Part shown: positions 53,960 through 64,000 of the stretch, piece after piece
How the letters are laid out: each line of letters begins with the position of its first letter
Numbering within the stretch: position 1 is the first letter of the stretch
Source: Octopus sinensis
Lineage: Eukaryota
Length of the DNA stretch: 64,000 bases
Assembly (NCBI RefSeq): GCF_006345805.1
Contig: NC_042998.1
Span: 57,846,001-57,910,000 of the forward strand
Direction: 5' to 3'
Position numbers and translations under genes: made by a program
The notes under the pieces: generated by a model
What the model was told of the DNA's origin: nothing
Seen by the model: only the letters and a program-made list of their open reading frames with translations
Database searches by the model: none

Positions 53960-54470
53960 TTCTTGATCACAGTCTCCAGACTAACGCTCGACCACTGTCA
54001 GGAAATACAGCAAATCTGAACTCATCAGAAAATATGACTGTATCCCAAAATGCTAGTGGCCCCTCCACCATCTCACTGGCCCAAACATTTCTCCGTATGA
54101 TGTTGGCTGGTTGAAGAAGTGGCTTCCTTTTTTCTGTTCTGCCATAGTAACCAAGTTTTTGGAGAGACCTGACAGCTGTTCTGGGACTGAAATCAGCTTG
54201 TTCTGCTATGTCAGAGGCCTTGCAAAGAGGATTATTCTCCACACTTCTCTTAGCAAAAGGAAGGGTCCTGTCAGGGGGCCCTGCTTGATCTGGGCAAGGT
54301 GATGTGGACACCTCCCTCTCTCTGGTGAATTGCACAATTACTCTATTAACGGTAGAAAGCTGGATCCTAAGGTTTTCTGCAATTTTACGTTATGTGCACC
54401 TTCAGAAATACCCACACGGCCTCTTTGAAATTCTGACAGTTCCAAGTCTTGTTTGCATGATTATAAAGTC
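53960..54470 (-). pseudogene. Tc1-family transposase fragment
   Basis: ELSEFQRGR N-terminus; then LQKLGYYGRTEKRKPLL...FWDTVIFSDEFRF (the Tc1 WxxVIFSDESRF motif). Confidence 0.9.
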
Positions 54471-54734
54471 ACATATAGAACCTGAAACATAAAACGTCAA
54501 TTAATATATCAAAAATATAAATCTTTACAGGTTAGAATAAACGTAAATCGATGTTTTACTGGGTGTCTATTTACTTCTGTCATGTATATATATAATTTTA
54601 AAAATTATTCTTAATTTAATTGTTTTCCATACTTAAAGTTGAAAAAAAGTCTCAATGACTGAAATCGGTACTGAATTGTTTTTTATAAAGTTATTTTAGC
54701 ATTTTCTATCTTGCCTTTTTTTCCATATATATAT

Positions 54735-55040
54735 ATATAACGTAATTTCGTAAACGCTGTAACAGTTAGTCATTTAAACTTACTTCATAATTTAAAATTG
54801 AATAGAAGGTCTGAAAACCACCTGATGAATGTCCTTAGAAGTGACAAGAAACAATTGTAGTGGATAACTTAATTTTATTTAATTTATATAAAATTTTTTA
54901 TGTATTGGATTATGTCTTTCTTTGTTTGATTTGCATAATAGTGGTTTTGTCTCTAATTAATATTATATAATATTTTACTATAAAATTGGATTCAATCCTA
55001 AATCTGATTTTTCCCTGTAAATTTGGATTTATTCCCTAAT
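54735..55040 (+). mobile_element. PLE pseudo-LTR-like module between (TA)n and (TAT)n/(TA)n tracts
   Basis: Contains the hammerhead at 54818-54863; 54901-54958 is homologous (inverted) to 58166-58222. Confidence 0.65.
54818..54863 (+). ncRNA. Canonical minimal type-I hammerhead ribozyme motif
   Basis: CCAC-CTGATGA-ATGTC(CTTAGAAGT)GACAA-GAAA-CAATTG-TA-GTGG. Intact core, 4-bp stems I and II, palindromic stem III, GUA site. Confidence 0.85.
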
Positions 55041-55047
55041 ATTTATT

Positions 55048-55095
<48 letters not shown>

Positions 55096-55595
55096 TATAT
55101 ACACACAAACGCTTGTACGAGTTTGAGGTTAAACAACACTCTAAGGGATAATAAATATCCAATGTACTACTGGATCTATAGCTATATATTTATATCCAAA
55201 TACTTAAAGTTGTATGGCAGTAGCGCAATTGAATAATATGTATCAGTGGGAGTAAAGCAGAAATTTACCCAGAATTTATAACGCAAAGAAGGAAATGAAG
55301 GTAATCAATCAACAGCCATCAGCCTGTAGACATTCATTTGGATTTATTTATTAATTAATTACAATCATATATATAAGTACGTAAATAAACAAGTAAATAA
55401 TAAATAAATAAATGAAGAAGAATAAATGAGTGAATAATACTATACTCTTACAGCTGTTTCTGTCGGTGGTTTAAATTGCCAAGGTTTGCACATCATACCA
55501 GTATTATAAAGAGATTACACACAGACACAGAGACACACACAGACACACGGACACACAGAGACACACTCAAAAACACACAGACACACACACAGAAT

Positions 55596-55626
<31 letters not shown>

Positions 55627-55914
55627 CTATATAATTATTAAATTTGAAAACGGAGATATTCAATGGATATAAATTAATATATTAATTGATTATCATTGCC
55701 TACGATTGTTTTATTTCACATCCACTTTATATTACAAATTATATATATAAATATATGCTTGTATTTCAAAATACTTTGGGTGGAAAATTTTCAAGGCATG
55801 AAACAGTACGTTACTGAGATTACATTTTGATCGGTTGAAATACTCCAATATTTACTATGTGTGTATGTGTGCGTGTGTGTGCAGGCATGCTTTAAAATTA
55901 TTACTTTTATTTTA

Positions 55915-55919
55915 AATTC

Positions 55920-55953
<34 letters not shown>

Positions 55954-56001
55954 TTAATAATAATCATAATAATAATACTAGTAGTAATAGTAATAACAAT
56001 G

Positions 56002-56060
<59 letters not shown>
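55915..56060. repeat. (AAT)n tract
   Basis: Read directly. Confidence 0.95.
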
Positions 56061-56065
<5 letters not shown>

Positions 56066-56603
56066 CCAGGCAGTGGCTCTCCTGGTTTCTGATATTAACT
56101 GATTGGAAGTGTTATCAGGTACGATTTTTTGTCTTGGTATAAAAGATGGGGCTACAGCAAATATTCTACTAAATACCACAGATTTGCTTGTCAATTGTTT
56201 GGCCTGAACCAGTTGAGCATTTCCGTTAGTGGCTGACGATATGTGCATTTCTGATCATGAGCAGAAGTAATGGTGGAGCATCGTAGCCATGTGTCGAGAG
56301 GAATTATTTGGGATTTGGATAATTCACCTTTGGAGACATGAGTGTTTCATTCAACATCATTAAACAACCCTTATTCAGGTTCCTTTTGAGTGGGATGGGC
56401 TACTCAACTTGAAGAAAATTCAAACTGGGCCCCACCTGCCAGGTCATGCTCTGTTTATCTTGATATTAAAATTACAATGTCGTGCACGCATGGTTGTGAT
56501 GCATGTGCCTGGTGTACCCTTATCAGACGGGTAGTCATGATGGGTATACTGGGCTTCGTATATTTTACCCCAGTGTTACTTTGATGGCATGCACTGCTCT
56601 CTC
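56061..56603. mobile_element. ~545-bp non-coding interspersed repeat flanked by (AAT)n on both sides
   Basis: Homologous to 28614-29016 (inverted); (AAT)n before 56061 and AATAATAATAAC after 56603. Confidence 0.8.
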
Positions 56604-56639
56604 AATAATAATAACAACAATAGCGATTATAAATAATGA

Positions 56640-57570
56640 TATAAAGTATGTAAGAGTAAAAATATATAATAAAATAAAATTGAAATAAAATGTTTATGTT
56701 CATGTTTTTATACGTGTATGTGTATGTGTATGTGTATATGTACATGAATGTATTTGCGCAAAAAGTTTTGATGTCAATTGTTTATGCACCAATATGTGTG
56801 TGTGTGCGTATACGTTTCCTTCCTAAGTTACTTATTAAAGTATATAAATCAAAGTATATAGGGGGAAAAATAAATGATAAAATAAGATAAAAATAAAATT
56901 GAAATAAAATTTATGTTCGTGTGTGCATATTTGCGTGCGTATGTGTATGTGTACATCTATGTATACATAAGAAAAAGTGTGGATATCTTTGTTTGTGTGC
57001 TATCCTCTGTGTGTGTGTGTGTGTGTTGAACGTTTCCTTCCTAATTTACTTCATTAGTACGTTAGTATGTATGCATGTTAGTAAAAGGTTATTAAAGTAA
57101 TTATATTATAGTTTATATTTAGATATTTATTCATCGTAATATCATTTAACATTATATGGTTAAGTTTGCGTGGGAGGTAACACATATACAATTCTGCGCA
57201 CGTATAGACTAATAATATAAAAGCTTGTTTGTTATTTGTGTGAGCTTGTGTATTCATTTGCGCATTCATTGACATAGATATCAATATTCAAATTCAATAT
57301 TGATGATAATAATCAATTAAAGTATATAAGAGTAAACGTAAATAATTAAATATATAATATAAAAAATAAACAAACAAAAATAAGAAATAAAAACAGAAAA
57401 AATGAACATAAAGGTGAAACCAAATTTATGTTCATGTGTGTAAGCTCGCACAAGTATTGGTATTGCGTTTGTATGCGTGGATGTCATTATCTATGTTAAT
57501 ATATGTGTGTGCGTGCGTATATAGTTGCTTCCTTCTAAAGTTACTTTTTTAGTTCGCAAGTGTGTATGTA
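56640..57570 (+). repeat. Old degenerate tandem repeat (~220-bp unit, at least 3 copies)
   Basis: AAAATAAAATTGAAATAAAAT..TTATGTTC...(GT)n...TTCCTTCCTAA.TTACTT recurs at about 56670, 56890 and 57420. Confidence 0.7.
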
Positions 57571-57634
57571 TATTATTAAAATGTTATCAAAGCAAATATA
57601 TTATAGATTATATCTAGCTATTGCTTGTATCTAG

Positions 57635-57675
<41 letters not shown>

Positions 57676-57800
57676 TTGAACAAAGTAGAAACATGGTCCG
57701 GTTTTCACGTATGTTATTATGATATTTAAAAAAACAATCTTTTTACAATGTTTACCTCCCTTAAACATTAAAAAAATATTTTGTAATGTTCATAAAGTTC

Positions 57801-57838
57801 AATTAGCGCTTCCATACGTTCGCAGTTATCATCAGATT
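57801..57838 (-). ncRNA. Minimal hammerhead motif (GGAA variant)
   Basis: Minus strand: AAT-CTGATGA-TAACTGCGAACGTAT-GGAA-GCGC-TA-ATT. Confidence 0.5.
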
Positions 57839-57871
57839 TCAAAATATATTTAACTGGCAGTTACATTTCGA

Positions 57872-57909
57872 AATCCGATGATTACTACGAACGTATGAAA
57901 GCGCTAATT
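57872..57909 (+). ncRNA. Minimal hammerhead motif, CCGAUGA core, GCGC palindromic stem III
   Basis: AAT-CCGATGA-TTAC(TACGAAC)GTAT-GAAA-GCGC-TA-ATT. Confidence 0.65.
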
Positions 57910-58085
57910 GAACTTTATGAACATTCTACGTATTGCAAAATATTTTTTTAATGTTTAACACACTTCACACACTTCATCACTGTAAAATTTATTTTTAATT
58001 CCATAATAAAAACATGAAAACCAAACCTAATTTTATCGTTATTCAAATGATATATTATTATATATATATATTTACACAAATTCTG

Positions 58086-58120
<35 letters not shown>

Positions 58121-58123
58121 TAT

Positions 58124-58168
<45 letters not shown>

Positions 58169-58953
58169 TAGAGAAAAACCACTATTATGTAATTCAAACA
58201 ATGATAAACATAAACCATATCATATAGAAAAAGTAAAATATATTATAAAACATATAACTAGATCACAAAAAGTACGTATGTATGTATGAGTGTATGTATG
58301 TATGTATGTATGTATGTATATATATATGTATATATATATGTATATATATATTATATATATATATATACATATATATATACATATATACATACATACATAC
58401 ATACATACATCATACATACATACATACATACATACATACATACATACATACATACATACATACATACATACATAGTCTGAATGTGTGTGTGTGTATTACT
58501 CTTATTTTGGTTCAGTTTCCAGACTCGATGAGAGAACGTGTCTTCATATTGAAACAATTACATCGTGGAAGAGTCATGGCGATAGCCACTATAGATAGAC
58601 ATATAGTGTAACAGTCACATTTGTTTTATAGCTAGATAGTATTGTAAACTATAAAGTGTCAAGTACCTTCGCCACAGTGGAATTGTGTATAAATATGATC
58701 AGATCATAGCTGTAAGACAAAACATTTTGATGGTTTACAGCATGAAATACTACCAATGCATACATGTGAATACAACGGTTTATCTTTGTTTCGAATAGCC
58801 ATCATTACTACTTTGCAAGAATGTAATCGCTTCATATATATTTAAGTTGGATGCAGCAGTTACTATTCGTTACCATCACGACTCTTCTCGCTAATCACTA
58901 ATGTGCGTGTGTGTGTGTATATGTGTGTATGTGGGTGTGTACGTGTGCGTGCG

Positions 58954-59004
<51 letters not shown>

Positions 59005-59932
59005 CTGTGTGTGTCTGTGTGTGGTACTTTAGTTATTTGTATATCTTACAACATCTTGCACCGTGAAGAGCGCTTGCATTATTTATACATTAACGTCCTC
59101 CACTCACTCAAGTATTTCCAAAATGAAAAACTTACTGCAAACGCATGGTTACGGGGAGGCTTCTCAAGATACCTATTCAACCTGCTTGAAATAGCAGTCA
59201 AACCTTTCATAAATTACACGCTATTTTCTTCAAAAGAGAAACATTAGATAAAATACATGTGTGTGTGTGTATGTATGTGTGTGTGTGTGTGTGTGTATGT
59301 GTGTGTGTGTGTGTGTGTGTGTTATTCATGAAAAAACTCAGAATGGGAATGACAGATTCACTTTCCATCATTGATCTTCTCGGGCGGAACTGACTTGACT
59401 ATAGTGAACAAGCATCACAAATAACGTTGATATAGCGGTATGTAATGTGTGGGTTCATCGATACTTTGGTTAATATTATCTAACATTTTAATCTCTAACT
59501 AAAACAATTAGCATCAAAATAGAATAGTTGAGTCTTGAAGAAAGTTCATAGAATCTAGGAGAAGCGGTTTTGATAATTTGTGGAAGAAAAAATAGAATAA
59601 AACATATGTAAATAAATAAATGAATAGATAAATAAAGTAATCAGCTTCAAGATAATCAAATGCATTAAAACATTTCTATCTGGAGGCTAAGTGTTTTCAG
59701 ATAATACCGGTGTGTGGAATAGTCTAGTTAGATACATTCCTCCGTGGAATAGGAAGAGAGAGAAGGAGAGAGAGAGAGAAGGAGAGAAAAGGAAGGATTG
59801 AAGAGGGGTAGATGGTGAACTAAAATAAAGTGAAGATAGAAAGTCAGAGTGATACATGTTAAGAGAAAGTATGCGTGTGTGTGTGTGTCTGTGTATACAT
59901 GTAAATATATATAGACACGTATATGTAAATGG

Positions 59933-59963
<31 letters not shown>

Positions 59964-60762
59964 AGTATACAATATAATATATATATATACACATATATAT
60001 ATGAGAGAGAGAGTGTGAGAGAGGTTAAGAGGGATGAAAATACTAAGCGATATTCAGATATTAAATGGAAGGAAAGGAAAAGGACAGGAAAAAGAGAGAG
60101 AAGCAGAAAGACACATAGTAATAGGAAGAGGAAGAGAGGTAAACACTGAAAAAAATTCAGAAAATGTAAGAAAAACTTAGAAAGATAAAAAAGACATCAA
60201 AGAAAGCGAATAACGCGTGGAAGCAACAGTGATGGAAAAGAAAAAAAATAGACAGTGAGAGAGAAGAAGAAAGAGAAGTGGAAAAAGAACTGACAGAGAA
60301 GATAAGAGAGAGAGAGAGTGTGTGAGAAAGAAAGTAAGAAGCATAATAAACGAAAGAATCAGTGATAAATCTAAAAATAAAATCATGAATGAGACAAAAA
60401 CTTCAAGACCAGTTTGATTTGGAACTTTCATATCAAATTAACATCTTCAACAAACACCAAGTTTGATTTATCCTTTTGGAATCTTTTTGTTTTAAGAAGC
60501 AACTGAAGACAGAAGATGTAGCCGTGTGATTTGAAAATAGCTTTTAAAAGCGGATAAATATAATCTTGAAGCATACTAAAAATTTATTTTACATACTTTT
60601 AAATGGTTGTTTGATTTGTCTCGCCCAAAATCAAGCGATATAAAACCAAAAATCTGATTTTGGCAATTTCAAATACTTTCATCGAAAATATAATGTTAAT
60701 ATCTCATTATTTATATGTGTGTGTATATATTTTTCCTCTTCACGTGTATCTCTCTCATATGC

Positions 60763-60924
60763 GCAGGCATGGCTGTATGGCTCAAAGATCGCTTTGCAGC
60801 TGCGTAGTTTCGCCTTCGGTCCTTCTGCGTGGCGCCTTAGGCAAGTGACTTCTACTATTGTCCCTGACCGACCCATATTTGTGATGGAATTTGGTAGACG
60901 GAAACTATACAGAATCCCGTTGTG

Positions 60925-60956
<32 letters not shown>

Positions 60957-61205
60957 TGTATGTATGTATGTGTATGTGTAAGGGTGTGATTGTGTGTGTG
61001 AGTATGTGAGTGTATGAGTGTGTCTGTTTAATTGTCCTCAACTGATTGGCAATCGTTGTTGGTTTGTTTACTTCCCCGTTAATTAGTGGTTTTGCTATAA
61101 CACTGATAGAATAAGTACCAGGCAGAAATGAAATTAGTGCTATTGTCAATTTGTTTGACTAAAACGGTCCAAGGCACTGCCTCACAATGGTTGCAGTCCC
61201 AGAAA
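60763..61205 (+). mobile_element. SINE family A, diverged full length
   Basis: GCAGGCATGGCTGTATGG head...TGGTAGACGGAAACT, internal (TATG)n, body TTAGTGGTTTTG...GATAGAATAAGTAC. Confidence 0.8.
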
Positions 61206-61449
61206 TAAAATGTGAATTGTGTGTTGAGCGTTTTATTAAAATCGTGGCAGCATTTAGTTGAATTACCTCAACTTTAAGGATGTAATAGAACATGTGGGAT
61301 ATGATTATTTTCAGAGGTTAAACGCGCTAATTAGGAAAAGAAATATTAGAGGCAACGAAAATAATTGTGGTGTGGTTGGTCGAAGAAGCAAGGAGAGAGA
61401 GAGAGGGAGAGTGAGGCAGACAGATAAGTAGACAGACAAGGTAGTCTTT

Positions 61450-61858
61450 TATATTTTATTTGCTTCAGTCATTGGACTTCAGTCATGGTGGGCCGATTTC
61501 TTGAATGGTTTAGTCAAACTAATCCGTCCCAGTACATATTCATTATAAGTTCTTGTACTTATTCTATCAATCTCTATTGCTGAACCGCTAGGTGATTGAG
61601 ATGTAAACAAATCGACTTCAGTTGCTAATCGGCAGGGGAAAACACACACACACATACACACACACACACACACGCATATATATACACCCCCCACACACAT
61701 ATATACACCCACACACACACACATATACACACACATGGCGGGTTTCCACATCCTTACCGTCTACTAAATTTACTCACAGGGCATTGTTCATCCCCGGGCA
61801 GAACCCGAAAGCACGCCGCTCTAATGCAAGCCTCTTAACCACACAGCCGTGACAGCGC
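61450..61858 (-). mobile_element. SINE family A, diverged
   Basis: Reverse complement of the family A body and head (CTTAACCACACAGCCG). Confidence 0.75.
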
Positions 61859-61966
61859 CTTTGCATACCTATACCTGATTAGCTTTCTCTAATTAAAATC
61901 TCTAATAACAACATTTAATCGACAAGGGTGCTAAAACACACGTTTGTATTATTAAAATATACAATA

Positions 61967-62110
61967 AGGCGGCGAGCTAGCTGAATCGCTAGCACGCCGG
62001 GCGAAATGCTTAGCCGTATTCTGAGTTCAGATTCTGCTGAGGTCGACTTTACCTTTCACCCTTTCGGGATCGATAAATTAAGTACGGCCTTGTGCCTATA
62101 ATAGAAAGGA
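61967..62110 (+). mobile_element. SINE family B
   Basis: AGGCGGCGAGCTAGCTGAATCGCTAGCACGCCGGGCGAAATGCTTAG...GAGTTCAGATTCTGCTGAGGTCGAC. Confidence 0.85.
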
Positions 62111-62364
62111 TTATTAAGATATGTGATGAGCACTCTCTTTATATTTTAATTATGCATGTTTATGATGAGAAAGTTCTAAGCATGGATGAGTTATTTATTG
62201 TCTCATGAAATGGGTTTGTTTCCGTGCAAATAATAATGGCATCAAATTTTGGCACAAGGGAAGCAATTTCGGGTGAAGGTGTAAGTCGGTCACATCACCC
62301 CCTTCTTGCACTGCGTATCTGATACTTTTTTTTATTGATAGTGCAAATAATAATGATGATAATA

Positions 62365-62580
62365 CTGATTTAAAATTTTAGCACAAGGCCAAGAATTTCG
62401 AGTGGGGTGAATAAGTCGATTACATTGATCCCAGTGTTTAACTGGTGCCTATTTTATCGATCTCGAAGGCATGAACGGCTAAGTCGACCATGGCGCAATT
62501 TGAACAAAAGATGTAGAAACGGGCGAAATGGCGCTAAGTGTTTTGCCCGGCGTGCTAACGATTCTGCCGGCTCAGTGCTT
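62365..62580 (-). mobile_element. SINE family B (further partial minus copies at ~62250-62340 and ~62590-62770)
   Basis: GCACAAGGCC...GTCGACC...TTTGAAC...CCCGGCGTGCTAACGATTCTGCC. Confidence 0.8.
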
Positions 62581-62767
62581 TAATAATAATAATCCTTTCT
62601 ATTATAAGCACAAGGCCTGAAATTTGGGGGTAGGGGGTAGTCGATTACACCGACTCCAATGTGCAACTTAATTTATCTACCCCGAAAGGATGACCTTGTT
62701 TTCATTCGGAACATAAAACGCAAGAAGAAATAACGAAGCGCTAAGTATTCTGTCATTCAATCAACCG

Positions 62768-62818
<51 letters not shown>

Positions 62819-62911
62819 TTATTATTATTATTATTATTAATCACAATAATAATAATAGTAATAGTAATAGTAATAATATTAATAATAATAATAATAGTAA
62901 TAATAATAATA

Positions 62912-62956
<45 letters not shown>

Positions 62957-62967
62957 TAAAAAAAAAA

Positions 62968-63022
<55 letters not shown>
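62768..63022. repeat. (ATT)n followed by (AAT)n: opposed trinucleotide tracts
   Basis: Read directly. Confidence 0.95.
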
Positions 63023-63024
<2 letters not shown>

Positions 63025-63812
63025 CCGGAACTACCAGGCCAATGTGATGAAAAATGAATGAAAAATGGAGCAGACCCAAAATGCCGATTCTGCAACGACA
63101 TGATTGAAACAGTGGAGCACCTAATCTCTGGATGTAAAGTCTTAGCACCAGTGGAGTATAAATTAAGACATGACAGAGTTGGCCAATATCTACACTGGCT
63201 AATAAGTCGGCATTACAATATAAAAACTGCCGACAAGTGGTATAATCACCACCCTGAGGCTGTAACTGAAGGAGAAAATGTAACCATTCTGTGGGACTTT
63301 CCAGTACATACAGACCGAACCATCAAGGCCAATAAACCAGATATTGTTGTGAAAGACCAAAACAATAAAGTTTGCTTATTGATCGACATGAACATCCCCT
63401 GTGATCATAATATCTCAGTGAAAGAGTTTGACAAACTCAGAAAATATAAAGACCTACTTATTGAAATTGAGAAAATGTGGCATCTCAAGGCGGTTACAAT
63501 ACCAGTGATCGTAGGAGCACTAGGAATGATCAAGAAGGGAACCGAAAATTATATGAGAATGATCCCTGGCTTACCATCCCTGCAAGAAGTGCAAAAGATT
63601 GTCTTAACTGGTACATCACACGTATTGAGAAGAGCATTGTCGATGTGAGAACTGTTGCTGCTCATGTATTTTAATTTAACTTAAAAAAAAAAAAAATGAA
63701 CGAACTATTGAGTTTGGTTTAATAGCCTACCAATGTATACTATGAGTTTCTTTGCCCTAGGAGTCGGGAAGACACTCGGCAAGAAATGGAAGCAAATTTG
63801 AAAGAAAAAAAA
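63023..63812 (+). mobile_element. 5'-truncated R4/Dong-like non-LTR retrotransposon inserted in (TAA)n
   Basis: Begins at the (AAT)n edge with TRNYQANVMKN; ORF end, ~165-bp 3' UTR, short A-run, then (AAT)4. Confidence 0.88.
63058..63648 (+). pseudogene. C-terminal CCHC zinc knuckle plus restriction-like endonuclease (PD-(D/E)xK) domain of the retrotransposon ORF
   Basis: CRFC...ETVEHLISGC, RHD, KPDIVV...LLIDMNIPCD...KLRKYKDL, PVIVGALG; 196 aa without stops. Confidence 0.9.
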
Positions 63813-64000
63813 ATAATAATAATAGCAATGCTGCTGCTGGTGATGATGATGGTAATAATAATGATGGATAACTAAATTTATGAATTCAATCAATAAATCA
63901 ATAAATAAATATGTGAGCATTTGATATTTAATCAAATGAATACAAATTTATACAACACTTAAGCATATCACTGTTCTTGAAAGTTTTCGCGTCACTGGAG

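Larger units (their letters stand above)
57761..57958. repeat. Inverted repeat whose two arms each carry a hammerhead motif
   Basis: 57761-57844 pairs with 57865-57958. Confidence 0.9.

Noticed and set aside
55445-55520. Minus-strand GAAA-CAGCTG-TA-AGAG half-hammerhead
   Set aside because: The 3' half looks right but no CTGANGA is left upstream; too decayed to call.

Overview
AT-rich, repeat-saturated eukaryotic intergenic or intronic DNA, most likely from an octopus. That assignment rests on the extreme density of compound (TA)/(CA)/(TACA)/(TAGA)/(TAA)/(GAA) microsatellites and on recurring tRNA-derived SINE families; it is inferred, not confirmed by a database search. No host protein-coding gene can be supported, and most listed ORFs are translated microsatellites. 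Real coding remnants are all transposon-derived: two mariner loci, one Tc1 fragment, and about six fragments of R4/Dong-like non-LTR retrotransposons with a restriction-like endonuclease (RLE), several sitting in (TAA)n tracts. The youngest of these is 63023-63812. The most striking signal is about ten minimal type-I hammerhead ribozyme (HHR) motifs from several unrelated sequence families. They lie next to (TA)n tracts, usually have a tiny or palindromic stem III, and often sit in inverted or nested-palindromic modules (15.6-16.4, 25.1-26.0, 38.7-39.0, 57.8-58.0 kb). This is the architecture known for Penelope-like element (PLE) pseudo-LTRs. Four of the families carry a non-canonical CCGAUGA core instead of CUGANGA. 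All folds and alignments were done by eye, and coordinates of decayed repeats are approximate. Assembly artefact is a live alternative for the nested palindromes.
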